From an uncultured Actinomycetes bacterium (lineage in GTDB: Bacteria; Actinomycetota; Thermoleophilia; Gaiellales; JAICJC01): a stretch of DNA of 64,000 nucleotides. The translations under genes were made by a program, and so were the position numbers. The notes below the pieces were generated by a model. That model did not search any database and was not told where the DNA came from. It saw only the letters and a program-made list of their open reading frames with translations. Positions within the stretch are counted from its first letter, which is position 1, and each line of letters begins with the position of its first letter. This document shows, one piece after another, positions 44,699 to 54,442 of the stretch. The stretch covers positions 145,961 through 209,960 of the forward strand of contig CAWEIZ010000001.1 of NCBI GenBank assembly GCA_963809325.1, read 5' to 3'.

Positions 44699-46783
44699 GC
44701 TGCCGATCAGGGGGCGCTCGCGCAGGTAGGGGAGTGCCACCGCGGGGTCGGGCCGGTCGATCTCACGCGCCAGCCGGTGGCCGTCGAAGATCGCGTCGGC
44801 GATGAGCCGCGGGGCGACGCAGTCGCCGACCCGGTAGACGGCGTCGATGCCGGCCTCCGAGAGGGCCTCCGGATCGGCGGTCAGGTCGAGATAGAGCGCG
44901 TCGTCTGAGAGCCGCTGCGTGACGAGCACGGTCGCGTCGGCCTCGATCTCGACGGGCCGCCCGACGCCGTCCTCGACCCGCATTCCACCGTCCAGGATCT
45001 CGGTCGGCGTGAGGCCGGTGCGCAGGTCGACGCCCAGCACGTGCAGGTGGAGGCGCAGCCGCAGACCCTCGAGCGTCTGGTCGCACGTCGGCGCGACGAC
45101 GTCGTACGGCGTCACGAAGGTCACGTCGTAGCCCTCGGCGCGCAGCACCTCGGCGAGGCCCACTCCGGTGAAGTAGCCCTCGCAGTCGAGGATCGCCACC
45201 CGCCGGCCCTCCGGGCGGGCGCCGTCGACCATGATGTCCTCGGGGAGCAGCACGTGCGGAAGCGCCGCGTCCGCCCCCGGGATCGGCGCCCGGGTGATCC
45301 CGTTCATGCCGTCGCCCGTCCATCGCGCACCCGTCGCGACCACGACGATCCGGGCGCCGTAGTCGCGCACCGCGTCGGCGTCGAGCGCGCTCCCGAGCAC
45401 GACGTCGACGGACGGCAGACGCTCGAGCTGGGTGCGCCGGTAGGCCACGACGTGCCCCCACTCCCCCAGCCCCGGCAGCCTCGTCACCCAGCGCATCTGG
45501 CCGCCGATGTCGTCGCCGGCGTCGGCCAGATGGACGAGGTCGAACCCGCGCTTTCCGAGCACCATCGCGCACTCCATGCCGGCCGGCCCCGCGCCGACGA
45601 CGAGCACGCCCTTGTCGGCGTTGGCCGCCCTGTCGAACCGTTCGGGATGCCAGCCCCGCCGGTGCTCCTCGCCCGCCGTCGGGTTCTGGGTACACCCGAG
45701 GTGCAGGCCCCAGACCGAACGCGAGTAGCACGCGTTGCACCCGATGCACTCGCGCACCTCGTCGTAGCGGCCCTCCTCGATCTTGCGCGGAAGGAACGGA
45801 TCGGAGATCGACGGCCGCGCGGCGCCGATCAGGTCGGCGTGGCCGCCGCGGATGACCTCGGCCATCTTGTCGGGGTCGGTGAACCGGCCGACGACGACCA
45901 CCGGCTTGGAGGTGGCCTCCTTGGCCCGACCCGACCATTCGAGCTGGTAGCCCTGCTCGTAGAACCGCGACGGGCCGGCGTCGAGCCGCCCCATGCCGGC
46001 CATCGACCCGATCGTGACATCCCAGAGGTCGACCATCGGGTCGGCAGCGCGAATGAATTCGAGCCCCTCCTCGAGCTGGACGCCGGACAGCTCGAGTGTG
46101 TCGGCCGCGATGCGCACCGCGATCGCGCAGTCGTCCCCGATCTCGGTCTTCACCCGCTCGATCGCCTCGAGCCAGAACCGGCTGCGGTTCTCGAACGAGC
46201 CGCCGTAGGCGTCGGTGCGGCGGTTGAAGACGGGAGAGAGGAACTGGGTGGGCAGGTAGGTGTGCGACCCGTACACGTAGAGGATGTCGAACCCCGCCGT
46301 GCGGGCCCGCCGCGCCGCCGCGACCCACTCGTCCTGCACCCGGCGGATATCGGCTGCCTCCATCACCTTGGGCACCGTGACGCCGTCCCAGTCGCTTGCG
46401 ATCTGGGACGGCGCAAGCGGCGGGAGGCGCGACTCGCGCTGCTCGGCGAAGAGCCCGCCGTGCCACAACTCGACCCCGGCGAGCGCGCCGTTCTCGTGCG
46501 CGGCGTCGGCCATGAGCGCGAGGGCGCGCATGTCCTCGTCGTCCCACAGGCGGGCCGACGTGTAGGGCTTCTCGTCCGACTCGGGGCTGATCGAGCAGTA
46601 CTCGGTGCACACCGCCGCCCAACCGCCCTCGGCCTTCATGCCGCGAAACGCCGCCTGCGTCCACGGCTTCTCGACACCGAAGCCCGTGCAGTGCGGCACC
46701 TGGTAGAAGCGGTTCCGCAGTGTGCGCGGCCCGATGGGCACCTCCTCGAAGAGGATGTCGTGACGGGCGAGGCGCTCGGGCAT
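44696..46783 (-). CDS. Trimethylamine/dimethylamine/histamine dehydrogenase-family flavoprotein (FMN + 4Fe-4S + ADP-binding domains)
   Basis: 695 aa. N-terminal LRNRFYQVPHCTGFG closely matches the TMADH segment carrying the Cys that binds 6-S-cysteinyl-FMN. Also KAEGGWAAVCTEYCSISPESD, the FeS motif ECIGCNACYSR, and a GxGxxG dinucleotide fold VVGAGPAG. Confidence 0.85.
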   Translation of the reverse strand: MPERLARHDILFEEVPIGPRTLRNRFYQVPHCTGFGVEKPWTQAAFRGMKAEGGWAAVCTEYCSISPESDEKPYTSARLWDDEDMRALALMADAAHENGALAGVELWHGGLFAEQRESRLPPLAPSQIASDWDGVTVPKVMEAADIRRVQDEWVAAARRARTAGFDILYVYGSHTYLPTQFLSPVFNRRTDAYGGSFENRSRFWLEAIERVKTEIGDDCAIAVRIAADTLELSGVQLEEGLEFIRAADPMVDLWDVTIGSMAGMGRLDAGPSRFYEQGYQLEWSGRAKEATSKPVVVVGRFTDPDKMAEVIRGGHADLIGAARPSISDPFLPRKIEEGRYDEVRECIGCNACYSRSVWGLHLGCTQNPTAGEEHRRGWHPERFDRAANADKGVLVVGAGPAGMECAMVLGKRGFDLVHLADAGDDIGGQMRWVTRLPGLGEWGHVVAYRRTQLERLPSVDVVLGSALDADAVRDYGARIVVVATGARWTGDGMNGITRAPIPGADAALPHVLLPEDIMVDGARPEGRRVAILDCEGYFTGVGLAEVLRAEGYDVTFVTPYDVVAPTCDQTLEGLRLRLHLHVLGVDLRTGLTPTEILDGGMRVEDGVGRPVEIEADATVLVTQRLSDDALYLDLTADPEALSEAGIDAVYRVGDCVAPRLIADAIFDGHRLAREIDRPDPAVALPYLRERPLIGS

Positions 46784-48225
46784 CAGTCGGCTTCCAGCTG
46801 AGTCTTACGGCGGGCGATGAACTCGCGCAGCTCCTCGTCGAGGGCGTCGTCGATCCCGGGGTCCTCGTAGCTCTCGAGCAGCTTCTTCCACTCGTCGGTG
46901 GCCGCCCGGTCGGCCGTCACGGCGCCGCGCTTCTCCCAGGTCACGTAGGCCTGCGAGCGGAAGAGCGGGCTCATGAACACCCAGTCCTTGAAGTGCGCGA
47001 GCGTGTGGTCGGAGGCGAGGAACATCCCACCCGGGCCCTCCTGACGGACGGCGTCCATCGCGAACTCCTCCTCGCTCATCCCGATCCCGCCGGAGAGGAC
47101 GTCGAACACCCGCAGGAGCTCGAGGTCGAGCACGAACTTCTCGTACGAGGCGGTGAGGCCGCCCTCCAGCCACCCGGCGGCGTGCATCACGAGGTCGCAG
47201 CCGCCGATCATCGTCGCCCACAGCGTGTTGGTCGTCTCGGCCGCCGCCTGGAAGTCGAGGGCGTTCGACGAGCACAGGCCGCCGCCGCCGCGGTACGGCA
47301 GCCCGTAGCGGCGGGCGAGGAGGCCGCCGGCGAGGGTGCCGAGGATCGACTCGGGCGTCCCGAACGCGGGGCCGCCGGTGCGCATGTCGACCGCGGTGAA
47401 GAACGACCCGAAGAGGCACGGAGCGCCCGGGCGCACGGCCTGGACGAGGGCGATGCCCGAGAGGGCCTCGGCCACCTGCTGGGCGAGCCCGGCGGCGATG
47501 CTGACGGGTGCCGTGGCGCCCGCGAGCAGAAACGGCGTGACGATCACCGGCTGGCCGGCGACCGCCCACTCCATGAGGGCGTCGGCCATGAGGCCGTCCC
47601 ACACGAGCGGGCTGTTGGGGTTGACGACACCCATGATCGCGGGCGTCTCCTCGATCGTCTCGCGCCCGCCGAGCGCGATCGCGGCCAGCTCGACGGCGTC
47701 GCGAGCCTTCGGGCCGGACGTCCCGTAGCAGATGAGCGGCTTGTCCGACCATCGCAGGATGGCGTAGTCCATGTCCATGTGGCGCGTGCGCTCGTCGAGG
47801 TCGCAGGCCTCGACCGTGCCGCTCTGCTGGCACGTCATGAGGTCGGCGGCGTGCGCCATCTTGATCAGCTCGAGGTAGTCGGAGATCGCGCCCTCGCGGC
47901 GGCCGCGCTCGAGGTCGGCGCAGAACGGCGACCCGCCGACGGGCGTGAGCACCGGCTTCGCCCCGCCGATCCTGACCGACCGGGCGGGGTTCCGGGCCCC
48001 GAGCGTGAACGACGCCGGTGCGCGCCCGGCCATCTCCATCACGAACTCGCGGTCCCAGCGGACGCGCTCGCCGTCGATGTCCTGGCCCAGCCCCGCGAGC
48101 AGGGCCAGAGCGCCCTCGTGGCGGACGTCCGTCCCGATCTCCTCGAGGATGGTCATGGCGTGCTCGTGGACGGCGTCGAGCGCCTCGCCCGAGAGCACGG
48201 CCGAGATGCCGGCGTCAGCGAACAT
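46783..48225 (-). CDS. MttB-superfamily methyltransferase, non-pyrrolysine type (glycine-betaine/quaternary-amine methyltransferase-like)
   Basis: 480 aa uninterrupted ORF with no in-frame TAG. MttB-like pattern throughout (e.g. IHEHAMTILEEIG-type N-terminus, NPNSPLVWD, AGWLEGGL). Confidence 0.75.
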   Translation of the reverse strand: MFADAGISAVLSGEALDAVHEHAMTILEEIGTDVRHEGALALLAGLGQDIDGERVRWDREFVMEMAGRAPASFTLGARNPARSVRIGGAKPVLTPVGGSPFCADLERGRREGAISDYLELIKMAHAADLMTCQQSGTVEACDLDERTRHMDMDYAILRWSDKPLICYGTSGPKARDAVELAAIALGGRETIEETPAIMGVVNPNSPLVWDGLMADALMEWAVAGQPVIVTPFLLAGATAPVSIAAGLAQQVAEALSGIALVQAVRPGAPCLFGSFFTAVDMRTGGPAFGTPESILGTLAGGLLARRYGLPYRGGGGLCSSNALDFQAAAETTNTLWATMIGGCDLVMHAAGWLEGGLTASYEKFVLDLELLRVFDVLSGGIGMSEEEFAMDAVRQEGPGGMFLASDHTLAHFKDWVFMSPLFRSQAYVTWEKRGAVTADRAATDEWKKLLESYEDPGIDDALDEELREFIARRKTQLEAD

Positions 48226-49372
48226 CGCCGGCGAGCGTATCGGATCGCCTGATGGAGAGGCCGAGGGAGGCCGCCGCCCCGACGGCGACGGCGATGCAGC
48301 ACGCGGCGACGACGGCGTGCCAGCCGTCGTCGAGCCACAGGCCCGGCAGATAGGCGCCGGCCCCGCCGAGCACGTAGTAGATCGTCTGGTGCAGGCTCGT
48401 GGCCGTGCCCCGGTGGTGGCTCACGAGCCGGGGGATCAGGAGCTGGCACGTGGTCACGGTCGAGAACATCGCCGCGGCCAGGAGCGCCAGGCCGGCGATG
48501 ACCGCGGCCAGGTTGTCGACGAGCGTGAGAACGGCTCCGGCTCCGGCGCAGGCCAGCAGGAACGGCAGCAGCCGCTGCGGCCCGATCCGCGCGGCGGCGT
48601 GGCCGACGAACGGCACGATCGCGCCGACCACCCACACCGCGTAGACGAGTCCCGCAGCGCCGAGCGTGAGGTCGAACGGCGCCGCGGTGAGGCGGTGGGT
48701 GGCGAAGGTGAAGATGCCGACGAACGCGAAGAACGTCGCCCCGGCCGCCACGGCGTTCAGGAGCAGCGAGACGTTCCGGGCGTGCTCGGCGACGACGGCG
48801 CGCAGATCGCGGCGGACGTGGCGCGGCTCGTCGCGCGGCAGCCAGAAGTGCATGGCGAGCGCCCCGGCGACGGTCGGGACGGTCAGCGCCTCGAGGGCGA
48901 CGCGCCAGCTCGTCCAGTCGGCGACGATCGCTGTCCCCACCCGCCCGACGAGCCCGCCGAAGACGAGCGAGGCGGTGTAGGCGCCCATCGCCGCCCCGGC
49001 GGCCGGCCCGCGGAACCGCTCGGTGACGTAGGGCACGGCCACGGTCAGGAGCCCCGGCATGAGCAGCCCCTGGCAGGTCCGGATCGCGAGCAGGGCCGGC
49101 AGGCTCGGTGCGAGGCCGGCGACGGCGGTCGGGACGCAGATCATGGCGGCGGCGGCCGCCATGACCCTGGCCCGGCCGAGCCGGTCCGAGAGCGGCCCGG
49201 CCACCCAGCCGCCCGCCGCCACCGCCAGGACGACGACCGTGATCGTGAGGCCGGCCGCAGCGGGCGACGTCCCCAGGCCGCGCTCGATGTCGGGCAGGAT
49301 CGCCTGCGTCGAGTACATGTTTGCGAACATCGCCGACGCGCCCAGGAAGAGCGCGATGCCGGGGCGGGTCAC
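48215..49372 (-). CDS. MFS transporter
   Basis: 385 aa. 12-TM pattern and MFS loop motif GPLSDRLGRARV. Overlaps both neighbours. Confidence 0.8.
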   Translation of the reverse strand: MTRPGIALFLGASAMFANMYSTQAILPDIERGLGTSPAAAGLTITVVVLAVAAGGWVAGPLSDRLGRARVMAAAAAMICVPTAVAGLAPSLPALLAIRTCQGLLMPGLLTVAVPYVTERFRGPAAGAAMGAYTASLVFGGLVGRVGTAIVADWTSWRVALEALTVPTVAGALAMHFWLPRDEPRHVRRDLRAVVAEHARNVSLLLNAVAAGATFFAFVGIFTFATHRLTAAPFDLTLGAAGLVYAVWVVGAIVPFVGHAAARIGPQRLLPFLLACAGAGAVLTLVDNLAAVIAGLALLAAAMFSTVTTCQLLIPRLVSHHRGTATSLHQTIYYVLGGAGAYLPGLWLDDGWHAVVAACCIAVAVGAAASLGLSIRRSDTLAGDVR

Positions 49373-50523
49373 GACTCGGCGACGTGCGGCGGCCCGGGCA
49401 GGACGCGCAGCGAGATCTCGCCGCGCAGGAGTCGCAGGAGCGATTCGCCGGCGAGCTCGTGCCGCCAGCCGGAGAGCAGCGGGTGCGGGCGGCCGGAGTC
49501 AACCGCCTGGCCCGCGATGAACGCCTCGAGATCGGCCCTCGTCGCGACGAGCTCCGACGCCACCCCTGCCGCCGCGCACCGGGCCTGGAGCACGGCGGAG
49601 GCGAGCGGCAGCACCACGCGGATGCGGCGGCGGACATCGCCGGGAAGCTCCGCGTCGGCCTCGGGCGGCGGGCCGGGATCGGCGAGGGCGGCCAGCAGCT
49701 CGTCGAGCTGACGCCCGCGGCGGATCTGGAGCCCGCGCACGCCCTCGGCCTCCTTGGGCGTCGCCGGGCGGCGGCGGGCGAGCTCCACGAGCGTCGCGTC
49801 CTTCACGAGCCAGGCGGCGGGCAGGTCGCGGCGGCGGGCCTCGCGCTCGCGCCACGCCGCCGCCGCGCGGAGGGCCGCCAGGCCCTCGGCGCGGACCTTC
49901 CCGCGTCCGGCGACGCGGCGCCAGGCCGTCTCGGGATCCTGGACGAACGGCGCCTCGGGGCCGTAGCGAGCGGCGAGCTCCTCGGCGACCCAGGCCTCCC
50001 GGCCCTGCGAGCCAAGCCGCTTCCGGAGGGCGTCCACCGCCGCCAGGAGATAGCGGACGTCGTCGGCGGCGTACTCGATCTGCGTCGGCGTGAGCGGCCT
50101 CCGCTGCCAGTCGGTGAACCCCTCGTCGTGGCGGAGGCGGACCCGGATCGACGCCTCGAGCAGCCGCTCCAGCGACAGGGTGCCGCCGTAGCCCGCGAAC
50201 CCCGCGGCGAGCTGGGTGTCGTAGACCCGCTGCGGGCGCACGTCGTGGTGGAGGACGAACGCGGCGAGGTCGCCCGACGGCGCGTGCATCACCTTCTCGA
50301 CGGCCGGATCGGCCATGAGCTCGGCCACCGGGCCGAGCGGCGCCCCCTCGACCGGGTCGATCACGGCCAGCCGCTCGGCGGTGGCGATCTGGACGAGGCA
50401 CAGGCCGGGCGCGTACGTCCGCTCCCACACGAACTCGGTGTCGATGGCGCACCGGCCCTCGCTGCGAGCGACGTCGAGCAGCGGCCCGAGCGCCTCGGCC
50501 GTTGTGATCTGCTCGATCCGCAT
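49369..50523 (-). CDS. rnd: Ribonuclease D (DEDD 3'-5' exonuclease + HRDC)
   Basis: ORF 49369..50577 trimmed to ATG at 50523. Exo motifs AIDTEF, HAPSGDL and YAADDVRYL. Confidence 0.85.
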   Translation of the reverse strand: MRIEQITTAEALGPLLDVARSEGRCAIDTEFVWERTYAPGLCLVQIATAERLAVIDPVEGAPLGPVAELMADPAVEKVMHAPSGDLAAFVLHHDVRPQRVYDTQLAAGFAGYGGTLSLERLLEASIRVRLRHDEGFTDWQRRPLTPTQIEYAADDVRYLLAAVDALRKRLGSQGREAWVAEELAARYGPEAPFVQDPETAWRRVAGRGKVRAEGLAALRAAAAWREREARRRDLPAAWLVKDATLVELARRRPATPKEAEGVRGLQIRRGRQLDELLAALADPGPPPEADAELPGDVRRRIRVVLPLASAVLQARCAAAGVASELVATRADLEAFIAGQAVDSGRPHPLLSGWRHELAGESLLRLLRGEISLRVLPGPPHVAES

Positions 50524-50594
50524 CGCGCCCGACAGTATGCAACACGGGGTCAGACCCCAATGGTGCATGCGCATCACTGTAATCTCATGTCCGC

Positions 50595-51071
50595 ATGGAT
50601 CCCTGGGTCGTATGGGTCGTCATCGCGGTCGTCCTGATCGTGGCCGAGGCGACCACCACGGCGTTCGTCGCCATCTACTTCGGCGTCGCGGCCCTGGCGG
50701 CGGCGGGGCTCGCGCTGCTCGGGCTGGGGGTGGCGCTGCAGCTGGTGGCATTCGGCGCGCTGTCCGTCGGCGCGCTGCTCCTCACCCGGCCGGCGCTGCG
50801 CCGGTCGATGGGGCGGTCGTCCGGCCTTCGCACGGGCGTCGACGCCATGCAGGGCAAGATCGGCGTCGTCACGAGGCCGATCGCCGAGCTGGATCCGGGA
50901 CAGGTCAAGGTGGGCGGCGAGATGTGGACGGCCCGCAGCTTCTACGACGGCGAGTCGATCCCGGCCGGCACCCGCGTCGAGGTGGTCAAGGTCGAGGGCG
51001 TCACGGCGCTCGTGATCTCGGCGCCGTCACCCCACGAGAAGGACGACACGAAAGAGGGCCCCGATGCCTGA
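50595..51071 (+). CDS. NfeD-family membrane protein
   Basis: 158 aa. N-terminal TM helices and a C-terminal OB-like segment GQVKVGGEMWTARS. Precedes the SPFH gene with an 8-nt overlap. Confidence 0.8.
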   Translation: MDPWVVWVVIAVVLIVAEATTTAFVAIYFGVAALAAAGLALLGLGVALQLVAFGALSVGALLLTRPALRRSMGRSSGLRTGVDAMQGKIGVVTRPIAELDPGQVKVGGEMWTARSFYDGESIPAGTRVEVVKVEGVTALVISAPSPHEKDDTKEGPDA

Positions 51072-52047
51072 GCTGATCGCGACTGGTGCGCTGGTACTCC
51101 TGACGCTCGTGCTGGTGGCGATGTCCGTGCGGGTGATCCAGCAGAGCTACGTCGGCATCGTCCAGCGGATGGGGCGGTACCAGCGGACGATCGGCCCGGG
51201 CGTCCACCTGCTGGTGCCGATGCTCGACCGGGTGGCCACGGTCGTCGACATGAAGGAGACCGTGCAGGCGTTCGCGCCGCAGCCGGTGATCACCGAGGAC
51301 AACGTGACGATCGGCATCGACACGGTCGTCTACTACCAGGTCACCGACTCGGTCAAGGCGACCTACGAGGTCGCCAATGTGCTTCAGGCGATGGAGCAGC
51401 TCACGATCACCACGCTTCGGAACGTCGTCGGCGCGATGACGCTCGAGGAGACGCTCACGAGCCGCGACTCGATCAACTCGGAGCTTCGGTCCGTGCTCGA
51501 CGAGGCGACCGAGAAGTGGGGCGTGCGCGTGACACGCGTCGAGTTGAAGTCGATCGACCCCCCGCGGACGATCCAGGAGGCGATGGAGCAGCAGATGCGG
51601 GCCGACCGCGCCAAGCGCGCGGCTGTGCTCCAGGCCGAGGGCGAGAAGCAGTCGGCAATCCTGCGTGCCGAGGGACTGCGACAGGCGGCGATCCTGAACG
51701 CCGAGGCCGACCAGCAGGCCAACGTGCTCCGGGCGCAGGGCGAGAAGCAGGCGCGTGCCCTGCGGGCGGAGGGCGAGGCCGAGGCGCTCCACAAGATCTT
51801 CAGCACCGTTGCCGACACGGGCATCGACGCCAGCGCGATGCTCGGCTACAAGTACCTCGAGACCCTCCCGCTGGTGGCCGCCGGCGACGCCAACAAGCTC
51901 CTGCTCCTGCCCGCGGGCGCGGCACAGGCGATGGGAGCCGCGGTCGGCCTCGGCGCGGCATTCGCGGAGGGGGTCACTCCCACGCCTCCCGCCGACCCGA
52001 AGCAGTCGCGACCAGGCCCGGCCGACGACCGCGGCGACGCGCAGTAG
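51064..52047 (+). CDS. SPFH/band-7 (stomatin-like) protein
   Basis: 327 aa. SPFH core (VIQQSYVGIVQRMGRY...VELKSIDPP) and an Ala/Glu-rich coiled-coil tail. Confidence 0.9.
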   Translation: MPELIATGALVLLTLVLVAMSVRVIQQSYVGIVQRMGRYQRTIGPGVHLLVPMLDRVATVVDMKETVQAFAPQPVITEDNVTIGIDTVVYYQVTDSVKATYEVANVLQAMEQLTITTLRNVVGAMTLEETLTSRDSINSELRSVLDEATEKWGVRVTRVELKSIDPPRTIQEAMEQQMRADRAKRAAVLQAEGEKQSAILRAEGLRQAAILNAEADQQANVLRAQGEKQARALRAEGEAEALHKIFSTVADTGIDASAMLGYKYLETLPLVAAGDANKLLLLPAGAAQAMGAAVGLGAAFAEGVTPTPPADPKQSRPGPADDRGDAQ

Positions 52048-52059
52048 AATCCCCCGGCC

Positions 52060-52797
52060 GTGACCGTCGCCCACCGACTGCGCACGCTCGTCGCTGCCGT
52101 CACGGCCCTCGCTGCGCCCCTCGTGCTCGCCCCCGTGGCGCTGGCCGACACGGCCACCCCCGAGAACCCCGCCGGCCCCGCGTCGCACGCGATCGACAAC
52201 ATCTACCGCGCCGTCATCGGCACGACGATGGTCATCTTCATCCTCGTCGGCGGCTGGCTCGTCTACTCCGCGATCCGCTTCAGGGCGCGGCCCGGCCGGC
52301 AGATCGACCCGCCGCAGGTGCACGGGTCGAGCAGGCTCGAGTGGGGCTGGACGATCGTGCCGGTGCTGATCCTGATCGGCCTCGCCGGCTACACGTTCCA
52401 CAAGCTGCCCGACGTGAAGGACGCCCCGTCGGACTCGATGGTCGTGAACGTGACAGCCCAGCAGTTCTCGTTCTCGTACAGGTACGGCGCGAACTCCGGC
52501 GCGGCCCTGGGGAAGGCGCCGTCGGATGCGGCGACCCTGGTCGTCCCCGAGGACACGCCCGTGAGGCTCGAGGTGCGCGCGAAGGACGTCGTCCACGACT
52601 GGTGGGTGCCCTCGCTCGGCCCGAAGGTCGACGCCATCCCCGGCCAGACCACCACGACGTGGTTCAAGGCCACCGAGACGGGGACGTTCCACGGCCAGTG
52701 CGCGGAGTTCTGCGGAGTCGGCCACTCCACGATGCTGATCACGGTGAAGGTGGTCTCGGCCGCCGACTGGCAGAGCTACGCGGGAGGGCTCAGGTGA
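52060..52797 (+). CDS. ctaC: Cytochrome c oxidase subunit II (CuA)
   Basis: 245 aa. Motifs HDWWVPSLG and CuA motif CAEFCGVGHSTM. Confidence 0.9.
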   Translation: MTVAHRLRTLVAAVTALAAPLVLAPVALADTATPENPAGPASHAIDNIYRAVIGTTMVIFILVGGWLVYSAIRFRARPGRQIDPPQVHGSSRLEWGWTIVPVLILIGLAGYTFHKLPDVKDAPSDSMVVNVTAQQFSFSYRYGANSGAALGKAPSDAATLVVPEDTPVRLEVRAKDVVHDWWVPSLGPKVDAIPGQTTTTWFKATETGTFHGQCAEFCGVGHSTMLITVKVVSAADWQSYAGGLR

Positions 52798-52804
52798 GGC
52801 GCGC

Positions 52805-54442
52805 ATGGTGACCGAGGCCGTCGCCTCGCCGGCCGCCGCCCGGCACGCGCCGGCGCGCTCCGGCTTCTGGTCGTGGGTGACCACGGTCGACCACAAGCGG
52901 ATCGGCGCCCTCTACCTGATCACGACGCTCTTCTTCTTCGTGACCGGGGGCCTCATGGCGCTCGCGATGCGGATCCAGCTCGAGCACGCCAACAACCAGG
53001 TCATCTCGGCCGATGCCTACGACCGCATCTTCACGATGCACGGGACGACGATGGTGTTCCTGTTCGTCGTCCCGGTCATGGCAGCGTTCGGCAACTACAT
53101 GGTGCCGCTCATGATCGGCGCGCGCGACATGGCCTTCCCGCGCCTGAACGCCGCGTCGCTGTGGCTCCTGATCCTCGGCGGGCTCGTCATGTACCTGGGC
53201 TTCCTGTGGGGCGGCGGCGCCGCGGACGCGGGCTGGACCGCCTATCCGCCGCTCTCGGTGCAGTCGCCCGGGCACGGGATCGACCTCTGGATCGTGGGCC
53301 TCCACATCATCACGATCAGCTCGGTGATCGGGGCCGTCAACTTCATCTGCACGATCCACAACATGCGCGCGCCCGGCATGCGGCTCACCCGGATGCCGCT
53401 CTTCGTCTGGACCGTCGACGTCTACGCGTTCATGCTGCTGCTCGCGCTGCCGCTGCTCTCGGGGGCGCTCACGATGCTCCTGCTCGACCGCAACTACGGC
53501 ACGTCCTTCTACGCCGCCGGCACCTACGGGCCGCTGCTCTACCAGCATCTCTTCTGGGCGTTCGGGCACCCCGAGGTGTACGTGGTCGCCCTGCCGGGCT
53601 TCGGGATGATCTCCGAGATCGTGCCAGTGTTCTCGCGAAAGCCGCTCTTCGGCTACCGCGCGCTCGTGTACGCGACCGTTGCGATCGCGTTCCTCGGCTT
53701 CCTCGTGTGGGGCCACCACATGTTCGCTGTCGGCATGTCGACGCCGCTCCAGGTCTGGTTCATGCTGGCGTCGATGGCGATCGCCGTCCCGACCGGGGTG
53801 AAGATCTTCAACTGGATCGGGACGATGTGGATGGGCCAGATCCGGTTCGAGCCGCCGATGCTCTTCGCCACGGGGTTCATCCTCGTGTTCCTGATCGGCG
53901 GCCTCTCGGGCATCGCGCTCGCGATCTTCCCGTTCGACCTGTACGTGACCGACAGCTACTTCGTCGTCGCCCACTTCCACTACGTGATGGGGAGCATCCC
54001 GGTCTTCGCGGTCCTCGGCGGCCTCCACTACTGGTATCCGAAGATGACCGGCCGGATGCTCGACCGGACGCTCGCGATCAGAAGCTTCTGGGTGCTCTTC
54101 GTCGGCTTCAACCTCACGTTCTTCCCGATGCACGCGATGGGCCTCTCGGGCATGCCGCGTCGCATCGCGACGTACACCGATCCGGGCTGGAACATCTACA
54201 ACCAGATCGCGACCGTCGGGGCGTTCGTGCTCGGGATCGGCGTGCTCCTGGTGCTGATCAACTGCCTGCGGTCGCTGCGCAGCGGGCGGATCGCTCCGGC
54301 TGACCCGTGGGGCGGCTACACGCTCGAGTGGTACACGTCCTCGCCGCCGCCGCCGCACAACTTCGACAGCCTGCCTCCGATCCGCTCGGAGCGCCCACTC
54401 GACGACCTGCGCCGGGCTGCGGCGGCCGAAGCGCGCGCGTGA
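52805..54442 (+). CDS. ctaD: Cytochrome c oxidase subunit I
   Basis: 545 aa. Motifs WFFGHPEVY-type (FWAFGHPEVYVV) and VWGHHMF. Confidence 0.95.
   Translation: MVTEAVASPAAARHAPARSGFWSWVTTVDHKRIGALYLITTLFFFVTGGLMALAMRIQLEHANNQVISADAYDRIFTMHGTTMVFLFVVPVMAAFGNYMVPLMIGARDMAFPRLNAASLWLLILGGLVMYLGFLWGGGAADAGWTAYPPLSVQSPGHGIDLWIVGLHIITISSVIGAVNFICTIHNMRAPGMRLTRMPLFVWTVDVYAFMLLLALPLLSGALTMLLLDRNYGTSFYAAGTYGPLLYQHLFWAFGHPEVYVVALPGFGMISEIVPVFSRKPLFGYRALVYATVAIAFLGFLVWGHHMFAVGMSTPLQVWFMLASMAIAVPTGVKIFNWIGTMWMGQIRFEPPMLFATGFILVFLIGGLSGIALAIFPFDLYVTDSYFVVAHFHYVMGSIPVFAVLGGLHYWYPKMTGRMLDRTLAIRSFWVLFVGFNLTFFPMHAMGLSGMPRRIATYTDPGWNIYNQIATVGAFVLGIGVLLVLINCLRSLRSGRIAPADPWGGYTLEWYTSSPPPPHNFDSLPPIRSERPLDDLRRAAAAEARA

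Noticed and set aside
46783-48225. Possible pyrrolysine (in-frame TAG) in the MttB-family gene.
   Set aside because: The ORF is uninterrupted over 480 codons with no internal TAG, and no pyl genes are in the window. It is a non-Pyl member.
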